DNA of 26,787 nt from Polyangiales bacterium (GTDB lineage: Bacteria > Myxococcota_A > Polyangia > Polyangiales > Polyangiaceae). The stretch spans positions 1-26,787 of the forward strand of contig JBBRNJ010000104.1 in assembly GCA_038230375.1 (NCBI GenBank), written 5' to 3'. Positions 18,302-26,787 of the stretch are shown in pieces. The notes below the pieces were generated by a model, which worked only from the letters and a program-made list of their open reading frames with translations, was not told where the DNA came from and did not search any database. The position numbers and the translations under genes were made by a program. How positions within the stretch are numbered: the stretch's first letter is position 1; every line of letters starts with the position of its first letter.

Positions 18302-18643
18302 ATGAATTTCCCCTTCGCACAGGCCCTGCTGCTCTCCCTCTGCGTCGCCGCGTCCGCTGGATGTGGCGGCGGGGCAGGCGCCGAGAACGCACCTCCGAAG
18401 GGCCCCAAATCGGATGCCCCGGTGGTCACCGACAAGGCAGCCGATGTGAAGAAGCCGGGTGAGGCCGCGATCGGCGACAAGACCTCGTGCCCGATCTCCA
18501 AGGAGGTCTTCACGGTCACCGCGAGCTCGCCGAAGCTCGAGTACAAGGGCAAGACCTACTACTTCTGCTGTGGCGGCTGCGACGCGAAGTTCAAGGAGAA
18601 CCCCGAGAAGTACCTCGCGCCACCTGCATCGCCGGGGACGTGA
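18302..18643 (+). CDS. YHS-domain lipoprotein (heavy-metal-binding module)
   Basis: MNFPFAQALLL...SAGC lipobox, then CPISKE...EYKGKTYYFCCGGCDAKFKENPEKYL. Confidence 0.88.
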   Translation: MNFPFAQALLLSLCVAASAGCGGGAGAENAPPKGPKSDAPVVTDKAADVKKPGEAAIGDKTSCPISKEVFTVTASSPKLEYKGKTYYFCCGGCDAKFKENPEKYLAPPASPGT

Positions 18644-18796
18644 GCGCGGGGTAGGGAAGACTTTCAGCGCGGCGCGAATCGAACACCTCGTGCGCGACGC
18701 GATGAACGCGCGCGGTGGTGCGTCCGCGATCCGTCTCAATCCACGGCCGTTCAAGCGTCGACGGAAAGAGCGCGAAGCCGCCGCAAGAAGGTACGA

Positions 18797-18819
18797 CAAA
18801 TGTGCAAATTGCACCTTTG
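18797..18819. promoter_or_regulatory. 23-bp imperfect palindrome CAAAtGTGCAA-A-TTGCACcTTTG
   Basis: 10 of 11 arm positions are complementary. Lies ~130 bp upstream of the 18951 gene, and its core is a TGYA-N3-TRCA site. Confidence 0.55.
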
Positions 18820-18950
18820 CGGACCCGAAGTCTCGCTTGCGAGAAGTGCTCGCGAGAAGGAAGGTACTTCGCAGCTCGCACGACACGTTCGCGGAAGCGC
18901 TGTGAACGAAGCTGACGCGAGCTCGGACGCTCACCCACGGGAGAGTCGAT

Positions 18951-20411
18951 ATGAACGGCAATGTAGGACGCGCGGTCCGCGCGATCGCCACAGGTTTGTC
19001 CATCGCAAGCGCGCTCACGGTGCTCGTGGTGCCGGCACGGGCCCGCGCCGAAAACGCGAGGGCGTTGAGCTCGCATGTGATGAGGCCTCAGCTCACGGAG
19101 GTGAGCGCGGAGCCGCGCGCGGAGATCAGCACGGCGCTCTCCAAGGGCAGCGTCAACATGCAGTACCTCGGCGGTCATGTGATCTCGCACATCCGCATCG
19201 TCGCGGTCATGTGGACGAGCAAGGTCTACAGCCCGCTCCAGACGCAGGTGGACAGCTACTTCAAGGGCATCGTGGACAGCACCTACATGGACTGGCTCGG
19301 CGAGTACGACACCGCCGGCGTGAAGGCCTACGACGGCAAGGCCGGAACGAGCCAGCACATCGGCCATGGCAAGTTCGTCAAGACCGTCACCATCACGCCG
19401 AGCACCACGAAGACGAGCCTCAGCGACGCCCTGATCGGCCAGGAGCTCTCCTCGCAGATCGCAAAGGGCGTGCTGCCGCAGCCCGAGGTCGACAAGGAGG
19501 GCGGTATCAACACGCTCTATGTCGTCTACTTCCCGCCGGGCGTCGTCATCCAGGACAGCCAAGGTGGCGTGTCATGCAATGCCAATAGCGGCGGTAATCA
19601 GGTGTTCTGCGGATACCACTCCAGCTATTCGGATGCCGCAGGCAACGTGCCTTATGCGGTCATCCCGGACCTATCGAGCAACGCGTGTGTACAAGGATGT
19701 GGCGTCGGTAATGCGATGGACGACTATGGCCTTGCGGCGTCGCACGAGATGCTCGAGGCGATCACGGACGCCGAGGTCGGCGTGGGCAACGGGGTTGGTC
19801 GGCCGATGGGATGGTACGACTCGCAGCAAGGCGAGGTCGGCGACATGTGCGCGAACCAGGTGGGCGCCAACACGAAGGTCAACGGCTTCACCGTGCAGAA
19901 GAACTGGTCGCAGCGGCTCGGCGCGTGCGTGGCCATCGACTCCATGCTGCCCGCATGCGACGGCAAGACGAGGCCATGCAAGGCGTGCACGGCGGACAGC
20001 TGCACCGGCGCCACGCCCATCTGTGACGAGGAGAGCGGCACGTGCCGCGGCTGCACCGCGGACTCCGACTGCGGAAGCGGCGACACCTGCAACACGAAGA
20101 CGGGCACGTGCGCGGGCAAGCCCGGCTCCGGCCCCGCAGATGCAGGCTCCGGCTCCGGCTCCGGCGGTGGCGGCGGCGGAACTGGCGGTAGCGGCTCCGG
20201 CGCAGGCGGCACTGGCGGCAGCGGCGGCGCAAACGGCGACACACCAGGCAGCGGCACCAGCGGAGGCGACACCAGCAGCGGCGACACCACGCCGAGCGGC
20301 GGCTGCGCGATCACGGGCACGCCAAGCAACGGTGCGTGGCTCGTTGCCGCCCTTGCCGGCCTCTTCGTCATCAGCGGCGCAACCCGCCAGAAGCGCAGGC
20401 CTCGCCGCTGA
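18951..20411 (+). CDS. Secreted EXORDIUM/Phi-1-like domain protein with Cys-rich repeats and MYXO-CTERM-type anchor
   Basis: SD GGGAG and signal peptide; MQYLGGHVI, FCGYHS, SHEMLEAITD and WYD...GEVGDMC; CTADSC/CTADSDC repeats; Gly-rich stalk; GGCA + hydrophobic helix + RQKRRPRR. Confidence 0.85.
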   Translation: MNGNVGRAVRAIATGLSIASALTVLVVPARARAENARALSSHVMRPQLTEVSAEPRAEISTALSKGSVNMQYLGGHVISHIRIVAVMWTSKVYSPLQTQVDSYFKGIVDSTYMDWLGEYDTAGVKAYDGKAGTSQHIGHGKFVKTVTITPSTTKTSLSDALIGQELSSQIAKGVLPQPEVDKEGGINTLYVVYFPPGVVIQDSQGGVSCNANSGGNQVFCGYHSSYSDAAGNVPYAVIPDLSSNACVQGCGVGNAMDDYGLAASHEMLEAITDAEVGVGNGVGRPMGWYDSQQGEVGDMCANQVGANTKVNGFTVQKNWSQRLGACVAIDSMLPACDGKTRPCKACTADSCTGATPICDEESGTCRGCTADSDCGSGDTCNTKTGTCAGKPGSGPADAGSGSGSGGGGGGTGGSGSGAGGTGGSGGANGDTPGSGTSGGDTSSGDTTPSGGCAITGTPSNGAWLVAALAGLFVISGATRQKRRPRR

Positions 20412-20503
20412 CCACGAGGCGTCACCTGTGGGCCCGCGGTTTGATGGGCGCGGGCTTGCGTTGATGGGTTCGCGTGCGGTCGTTTTCGTGTACCAAATGG
20501 GAC

Positions 20504-23500
20504 ATGAAACGTTCGGGCCTCGCGCTTCTCATGCTTACCGGTGCCCTTGCCATCGGCTGTCCTGGCGCCAAGAACGCGGACCCGCCGCGCACGCCGGCGG
20601 ATGCTCCCAAGGCCAAGGAGCCCGTCATCGTTCGCCTCTCCAAGAGCGGGCTGGGCTTCCGCCTCAGCGAGGGCGACGACAACGGCGCGGACGGGCCGCA
20701 GAAGCAGGCGAAGACCACGCCGATGTCCGCGGAGGACACGAAGAAGCTCTTCGATCGTCTCCCCAAGCTCCAGGGCGAGGCCGACGACGTGAAGGCGTTC
20801 GCGCTTCGCGACAAGTCGATCCCCGCGCCGCGCCCCGGCAACACGGAGAAGGAGCCGTTCCCGCCGCCCGTCGCTGCCGGTGCGCCTCCGTCGGTCGCCG
20901 CCGGCCCGCTGAAGATCACGCGGCACGAGCCCGATGGTGAGGTGTCGCTCGCGCCGTACCTGACGCTCAGCTTCAGCGCGCCGATGGTGCCGATCACGTC
21001 GCACGACGACCTCTCGAAGATCCCCGTGCCAGTGAAGCTGTCGCCCGAGCCGCCCGGCAAGTGGCGGTGGCTGGGCACGCAGACGGTGATGTTCCAGCCC
21101 GACAAACGCTTCCCCATGTCCACGGACTACGCGGTGGACGTGGAGCGCGGCACCAAGGGCGTCACGGGCGCAGTTCTTGGCGAGGCGGTCCACTTCAAGT
21201 TCAACACGCCCACCGTGAAGCTCGTGAGCTACGGCCCGCAGAGCGACTCGATCCCGCTCAATCCGATCATTTATGCGCGCTTCGATCAGGCGATCGATCC
21301 GGAAGCACTGCTTCGCACGATGGTCGTGAAGCAGGACGGCAAGCCGATCCAGGTGCGCTTCGCGACCAAGGACGAGATCGGCGACGACCAGACCGTGTCG
21401 AGCTTGCTCGAGCGCAACCAGGATGACGGACCGCTCTCCCTGGGCGTCGGCGACTACAAGCGCACGGCAGGCGGACAGTACGAAGGCAACGCGGCGAAGG
21501 GCCGCATGATCATCGTCAAGCCCGTAGCGTCGCTCAACACGTCCGCGAGCATCGCGGTCGACTTCCCGAGCGGAACGCCCTCCGCCGAGGGACCGAAGAC
21601 CACGCAGCAGAGCCAGAGCTGGGGCTTCCACACGTACGGACCGCTGCGCGTCGTTCGCCACGAATGCGGGAAGTGCGATCCCTTCTCGTCGCTGTCGTTC
21701 GAGGTCACGAACGAGCTCGATCTCTCGAAGTTCGACAAGCGCACCGTGAAGGTCTCGCCGGAGATCTCGGACATGAAGACCGCGCTCTCTGGGCGCTGGG
21801 TCACCGTGTCGGGCCGCAAGAAGGGTCGCACCAAGTACAAGGTCACGCTCGGCAAGGAGCTCACGGACGTCTTCGACCAGACGCTGGGTCAGGATGACTC
21901 CGCCACGTTCGACATCGGACCGGCCGACAGCGCTCTCTTCTCCGAGGAGCAGCAGATCGCCGTGCTCGACCCCGCGAGCTCCGGACCCAAGGTCCCCGTC
22001 TTCTCCGTGAACGATCCGAACCTGCGCGTTCGCCTCCTGGCGGTGAAGCCAGAGGACTACCCCGCGTACCTGAAGTGGCGTCAGGACTACGACTACGACG
22101 GCAAGATGACCACGCCGCCCGGTCGCCTCATCTCCGACAAGATCATCCACCCCAAGCCCAACCCCGACGAGCTCACGGAGACGCCGATCGATCTCACGGC
22201 GGCGCTGAAGGACGGCTTTGGACAGGTGCTCGCGATCGTGGAGACCACTCGCCCTGCGCCCAAGCCGTGGATGAAGCAATGGGTCCGCGAATGGTTGCAG
22301 GTTACACATATCGGCATGTCGGGCGTCGCTGATCCGTCCACGTACCTTGCTTGGGAGACCGCGCTGGACACCGGCGCGCCGCTCGGCGGCGTCGAGGTCG
22401 CTGCGGGCCGAGGACAGAGCGCGCCGCGGGGCACCACTGCGGCCGACGGCACCGTCATGATCAAGGCGCGCGAGGGCGAGATCGTGATCGCACGCAAGGG
22501 CTCGGACGTCGCGTTCATGCCCGACGGCTTCCACGGCTACTACGGGCGCACGTCCGAGACGCAGTACTTCACGTTCGACGATCGCAAGATGTACAAGCCC
22601 GGCGAAGAGGTCCACGTGAAGGGCTGGCTTCGTCACGTGGGCTACGACAAGGGCGGCGACGTGTCGTTGCCGCGCGACGTGGGCAAGAAGAGCCTGCACT
22701 GGGTCGCGAACGACCCACGCGGTGCGGAGCTCATGAAGGGCGACACGCAGCTCACTGCGCTGGGCGGCTTCGACTTCGTGGTCAAGACACCGAACAACGC
22801 CAATCTGGGCGAGGCACAGGTCCACATCACTGTCCCCGGCGAGGACGAGGGGTACCACACCTTCCAGATCCAGGAGTTCCGCCGGCCCGAGTTCGAGGTG
22901 AGCGCGAGCTCCACATCGGGCCCCCATTTCGTGGGCGAGCACGGGACCGCGACGGTCGAGGCAAAGTACTACGCAGGTGGCGGGCTGCCGAACGCCGAGG
23001 TCACGTGGAACGTCACGCGGACCGACGGGGCGTTCCGTCCGCCGAACCGCGACGAGTACGTGTTCGGGAAGAACGACGACGGGCCGGTCCGTCTCTGGCG
23101 CCGCCCCAACGGGAAGCAGCCGCGCACGAACGAACAGTGGAAGGGGAATACGAACCCGCAGGGCGCGCACCACATGCGCGTGGACTTCGACGCGCTCGAG
23201 CCGGCGTATCCGATGTCGCTCTCGCTGAACGCGAGCGTGATGGACGTGAACCGGCAGGCGTGGGCCGCAAGCACGACGATGCTCGTGCACCCGGCGAGCG
23301 TCTACGTAGGGCTCAAGTTCGACCGCTCGTTCATCAACGCGGGTGAGAGCCTGCGTGCGAACGTCATCGTGAGCGACCTGGATGGCGGGCTGGTCGCCAA
23401 GCGTCCCGTCACCGTGAAGGCAGCGCGTCTGGACTGGGAGCAGACCGCCGCGGGGTACGAGGAGAAGGAGGTCGATCAGCAGACGTGCTCGATCGCCTCG

Positions 23501-26500
23501 AGCGATGCGCCCGTGCTCTGCGCTCTGCCCACGAAGAAGGGCGGGCGTTACCGCATCACCGCGATCGTGGAGGACGAGCTCGGCCGGAAGAGCCAGACCG
23601 CGATGTCCGTGTGGGTCATGGATCGCGACATGCCGCAGAACCGTGGCCTCAAGGAGGACGCTGCGGAGCTGGTGACCGACAAGAAGGAGTACGCGCCGGG
23701 CGACACCGCGGAGATCCTGGTGGTCGCGCCGTTCACCCCTGCCGAAGGGCTCCTCGTGGTCGGGCGCTCCGGCATCCTCACCACGCAACGATTCACCATG
23801 ACGTCGCGCACGCAGACGCTGAAGGTGAAGGTGGAGGACGCGCAGACGCCCAACATGGTCGCGCACGTACTCCTGACGGGCGCCTCCGTCCGCGACGACG
23901 ACTCGGGGACACCGAACCCGTCGCTGCCCAAGAAGCCGGCGTATGCGCGGGGCGTCACGAACATCTCCATTCCGCCGCTGCATCGCACGCTGAAGGTCGC
24001 TGTGGTTCCGCGCGACAAGGCCGTGGAGCCAGGCGGGTGCACCACTGTGGACGTGGACGTGAAGGACGCGCGGGGCACGCCTATCCCCGGAGCCGAGGTG
24101 GCGGTGGTGGTGGTGGACGAGTCCATCCTTGCCCTGTCCGGCTACACGCTGCCGAACCCCGTGACCACGTTCTATCCCATGCGCGACGCATGGATCACCG
24201 AGGACGACTCGCGTTCGATGGTGCTCCTCGCGAAGCCGAGCGAGACGAAGGTGCGCGCGTCGATCGACACGCTCTCGCGCGAGCGCAGCGAGGACAACGA
24301 CGGCTATGCGGACAAGCCAGGGGGCGGCGGTCCACGCGGGCCTTCACGGGGTATGTCTGCACCAGCCCCCGCAGCATCGGCGGCGCCCGCACCGCCCATG
24401 GAGCTCGCGGCGAAGAAAGAGCCTTCGAAGTCCAGCAAGGCCATAGGCGGCAAGGCTGACGAGGAGAAGAGCGGCGGCGAGAGCGGCGGCTCCAACAAGG
24501 CGATCGTGGTGCGCACCGACTTCTCGGCGCTCGCCGTGTTCCAGCCGAAGGCCACCACGGACTCACGCGGCCACCTGGAGGTGCCCGTGAAGCTTCCGGA
24601 CAACCTCACGCGCTATCGCGTGATGGCGGTTGTCGTGGCGCACGAGCGCGAGTTCGGATCGCAGGAGTCCACCATCACGGCGCGTCTGCCGCTCATGGTG
24701 CGTCCGTCGGCGCCGCGCTTCCTGAACTTCGGTGACAAGTTCGAGCTGCCGGTGGTGCTGCAGAACCAGACCGACAAGCCGATCAACGTGGCGCTCGCCG
24801 TGCGATCGCTCAACGCGATGATCACGGACACGCCCGGCAAGCGCGTCGACATTGCTCCGAACGATCGCGTGGAGGTCCGCTTCATGGCGTCGGCCGACAA
24901 GCCGGGCAAGGCGCGGTTCCAGATCGGCGCCGCTGCCGGGAATTTCGCGGATGCGAGCAACATCGAGCTGCCAGTGTGGACACCCGCAACCACAGAGGCG
25001 TTCGCGACATACGGCGTGATCGACAATGGTGCGATAGCGCAGCCCGTGAAGATGCCGGGTCACGTGGTGACGCAGTTCGGTGGGCTCGAGATAACGACGT
25101 CCTCCACGGCGATGCAGGGCCTCACCGACGCAGTGCTCTATCTGGTTCACTATCCGTTCGAATGCAACGAGCAGATAAGCTCGCGCATGCTCGCAGTCGC
25201 GTCGCTGCGTGACGTGCTCACGGCATTCAAATCCAAGGACATGCCATCTCCAAAGGAGATGGAGGCCAGCATGCTCACCGACATGGACAAGCTGAAGACC
25301 CGCCAGAAGTGGGATGGCGGCTGGGCGTTCTGGTGGGGTGAGGAGTGGCCGTACCTCTCTATCCACGTCTCGCACGCGCTCGCTCGCTCCGCAGCCAAGG
25401 GCTACAAGGTGGACGAGACGGTGAAGCAGCGCTCGCTCGCGTATCTGCGCAGCGTGGAGAACCACATCCCGCACTGGTACGACCTGGAGGCGCGTCGCGC
25501 GATCATCGCGTATGCCCTCTACGTGCGCCGGCTGTGGAAGGACGCAGACCCCGGTCGCGCACGTCAGCTCATGAAGGAGTACGGCGGGGCGGCCAAGATG
25601 AACCTCGAGGCCGTGGGCTGGATCTGGCCGACGATCAGCGAGGACGTGAAGGGCTCCGCCGCGGAGAACGCCGCCATTCGCAAGGCCGTCGCGAACCGCG
25701 TGACGGAGACCGCAGGCGCCGCGCACTTCGTCACGTCGTACGGTGACGGCGCGTACCTGCTCCTCCACTCCGACCGGCGCGCGGACGGCATCCTGCTCGA
25801 GGCGATGATCGTGGATCAGCCCGACAGCGATCTGATCCCGAAGCTCGTGAAGGGCCTCTTGAACCATCGCAAGGCCGGGCGATGGGGCAGCACGCAGGAG
25901 AACGCATTCGTGCTCCTCGCGCTCGACAAGTACTTCAACAAGTACGAGTCGGTGACACCGGACTTCGTCGCGCGCGTGTGGCTCGGCGAGAGGTACGCGG
26001 GCGATCACACCTTCAAGGGTCGTTCCACGGAGTACAGCCAGATCGACGTGCCGATGCAGTTCCTGGCGGACCTCAAGGAGGGCAACCTCACCGTGTCCAA
26101 GGAAGGCGCGGGACGGCTGTATTTCCGGCTCGGCATGCAGTACGCGCCTGAGGACCTGCGGCCGCCGCCCATGGACCAGGGGTTCACCGTCAACCGCACG
26201 TACGAGACCGTCGAGGACGACGGCGACGTGAAGAAGGACGCTGACGGTGTCTGGCACTTCAAGGCCGGCAAGAAGGTGCGCGCGCGCGTGACGATGGTGG
26301 TTCCTTCGCGCCGTTACCACGTTGCGCTCGTGGACCCGATCCCGGCAGGCATCGAGCCCATGAACCCGGCGCTCGCGGTGACGGGGACCATCCCTCAAGA
26401 TCCGAACGCACAGAAGAACGCGGACCCGTACTGGTACTGGCACTCCACCTGGTACGAGCACCAGAACATGCGCGACGAGCGCGTGGAGGCGTTCTCTTCA

Positions 26501-26647
26501 CTCGTGTGGGAGGGCGTCCACGAATACGTGTATACTGCACGCGCCACGACGCCCGGCACGTTCATCGTCCCGCCCCCCAAGGCAGAAGAGATGTACAGCC
26601 CCGAGGTCTTCGGCCGCGGCGCGGGCGACAAGGTCGTTGTGGAGTAA
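20504..26647 (+). CDS. Bacterial alpha-2-macroglobulin family lipoprotein (thioester type)
   Basis: Lipobox AIGC, N-terminal Ig-like repeats, DRKMYKPGE (MG2), EFRRPEFEV, AVVVVDE, bait-like low-complexity region, VRTDF...LPDNLTRYRV, PRFLNFGD, thioester YPFECNEQ (Cys at 25163), WGSTQEN and PPPKAEEMYSPEVFGR. Confidence 0.96.
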   Translation: MKRSGLALLMLTGALAIGCPGAKNADPPRTPADAPKAKEPVIVRLSKSGLGFRLSEGDDNGADGPQKQAKTTPMSAEDTKKLFDRLPKLQGEADDVKAFALRDKSIPAPRPGNTEKEPFPPPVAAGAPPSVAAGPLKITRHEPDGEVSLAPYLTLSFSAPMVPITSHDDLSKIPVPVKLSPEPPGKWRWLGTQTVMFQPDKRFPMSTDYAVDVERGTKGVTGAVLGEAVHFKFNTPTVKLVSYGPQSDSIPLNPIIYARFDQAIDPEALLRTMVVKQDGKPIQVRFATKDEIGDDQTVSSLLERNQDDGPLSLGVGDYKRTAGGQYEGNAAKGRMIIVKPVASLNTSASIAVDFPSGTPSAEGPKTTQQSQSWGFHTYGPLRVVRHECGKCDPFSSLSFEVTNELDLSKFDKRTVKVSPEISDMKTALSGRWVTVSGRKKGRTKYKVTLGKELTDVFDQTLGQDDSATFDIGPADSALFSEEQQIAVLDPASSGPKVPVFSVNDPNLRVRLLAVKPEDYPAYLKWRQDYDYDGKMTTPPGRLISDKIIHPKPNPDELTETPIDLTAALKDGFGQVLAIVETTRPAPKPWMKQWVREWLQVTHIGMSGVADPSTYLAWETALDTGAPLGGVEVAAGRGQSAPRGTTAADGTVMIKAREGEIVIARKGSDVAFMPDGFHGYYGRTSETQYFTFDDRKMYKPGEEVHVKGWLRHVGYDKGGDVSLPRDVGKKSLHWVANDPRGAELMKGDTQLTALGGFDFVVKTPNNANLGEAQVHITVPGEDEGYHTFQIQEFRRPEFEVSASSTSGPHFVGEHGTATVEAKYYAGGGLPNAEVTWNVTRTDGAFRPPNRDEYVFGKNDDGPVRLWRRPNGKQPRTNEQWKGNTNPQGAHHMRVDFDALEPAYPMSLSLNASVMDVNRQAWAASTTMLVHPASVYVGLKFDRSFINAGESLRANVIVSDLDGGLVAKRPVTVKAARLDWEQTAAGYEEKEVDQQTCSIASSDAPVLCALPTKKGGRYRITAIVEDELGRKSQTAMSVWVMDRDMPQNRGLKEDAAELVTDKKEYAPGDTAEILVVAPFTPAEGLLVVGRSGILTTQRFTMTSRTQTLKVKVEDAQTPNMVAHVLLTGASVRDDDSGTPNPSLPKKPAYARGVTNISIPPLHRTLKVAVVPRDKAVEPGGCTTVDVDVKDARGTPIPGAEVAVVVVDESILALSGYTLPNPVTTFYPMRDAWITEDDSRSMVLLAKPSETKVRASIDTLSRERSEDNDGYADKPGGGGPRGPSRGMSAPAPAASAAPAPPMELAAKKEPSKSSKAIGGKADEEKSGGESGGSNKAIVVRTDFSALAVFQPKATTDSRGHLEVPVKLPDNLTRYRVMAVVVAHEREFGSQESTITARLPLMVRPSAPRFLNFGDKFELPVVLQNQTDKPINVALAVRSLNAMITDTPGKRVDIAPNDRVEVRFMASADKPGKARFQIGAAAGNFADASNIELPVWTPATTEAFATYGVIDNGAIAQPVKMPGHVVTQFGGLEITTSSTAMQGLTDAVLYLVHYPFECNEQISSRMLAVASLRDVLTAFKSKDMPSPKEMEASMLTDMDKLKTRQKWDGGWAFWWGEEWPYLSIHVSHALARSAAKGYKVDETVKQRSLAYLRSVENHIPHWYDLEARRAIIAYALYVRRLWKDADPGRARQLMKEYGGAAKMNLEAVGWIWPTISEDVKGSAAENAAIRKAVANRVTETAGAAHFVTSYGDGAYLLLHSDRRADGILLEAMIVDQPDSDLIPKLVKGLLNHRKAGRWGSTQENAFVLLALDKYFNKYESVTPDFVARVWLGERYAGDHTFKGRSTEYSQIDVPMQFLADLKEGNLTVSKEGAGRLYFRLGMQYAPEDLRPPPMDQGFTVNRTYETVEDDGDVKKDADGVWHFKAGKKVRARVTMVVPSRRYHVALVDPIPAGIEPMNPALAVTGTIPQDPNAQKNADPYWYWHSTWYEHQNMRDERVEAFSSLVWEGVHEYVYTARATTPGTFIVPPPKAEEMYSPEVFGRGAGDKVVVE

Positions 26648-26738
26648 GGGCGCGCGAATGGGCTTGTCGATCGAGTGGGGTGCGAGAAAGTGCATTTAGG
26701 GGATCGACAGAGCGGGGCTGAAATGATCTACGTTCGAC

Positions 26739-26787
26739 ATGGACGCCGAGAAACTCGTTCGCCAGAAGTGGCGCCAGTTGAAGGCGA
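26739..26787 (+). CDS. Possible 5' end of a gene continuing beyond the window (MDAEKLVRQKWRQLKA...)
   Basis: ATG followed by an open frame with mostly GC-ending codons; too short to identify. Confidence 0.4.
   Translation, partial: MDAEKLVRQKWRQLKA

Noticed and set aside
18151..18552. N-terminal extension of the helicase ORF
   Set aside because: Overlaps the opposite-strand YHS gene and its promoter; helicase homology begins near 18100.
20145..20300. GGC-rich low-complexity tracts (also about 15030-15110)
   Set aside because: Explained by Gly-rich linkers typical of myxobacterial surface proteins.
19724..23983. 1419-aa minus-strand ORF (also 24563..26461)
   Set aside because: Antisense shadow of the A2M and EXORDIUM-like genes; no recognisable domain.

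Overview
High-GC (roughly 68-70%, estimated by eye) chromosomal segment, most likely from a myxobacterium of the Polyangiales type, judged from a MYXO-CTERM-like tail, many Cys-rich lipoproteins and a large alpha-2-macroglobulin. Housekeeping and stress genes: a long U32/RlhA-like protein running off the left edge (absent from the ORF track), Tex, a universal stress protein, CidA/LrgA plus LrgB, MsrC, a phytoene-dehydrogenase-like FAD oxidoreductase and an RhlE-like DEAD-box helicase. Envelope and secreted genes: a Cys-rich beta-propeller lipoprotein, a triple-repeat Cys-rich lipoprotein followed by a FadL-family barrel, a pectinacetylesterase-family lipoprotein, a putative Zn hydrolase, a YHS lipoprotein, an EXORDIUM/Phi-1-like MYXO-CTERM protein and a thioester-type alpha-2-macroglobulin. 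I saw no mobile elements, CRISPR arrays, tRNA or rRNA. Most notable: (1) a dispersed palindrome TGYA-N3-TRCA present six times, five inside genes where it is spelled with rare synonymous codons; (2) a single in-frame TAG interrupting an otherwise intact FadL-like gene; (3) a ~32-unit GTCGAR hexamer array starting right after a stop codon; (4) a long-range-paired 5' leader on the helicase gene; (5) repeated leaderless-type promoter geometry. All family calls come from motif recognition, not database searches.
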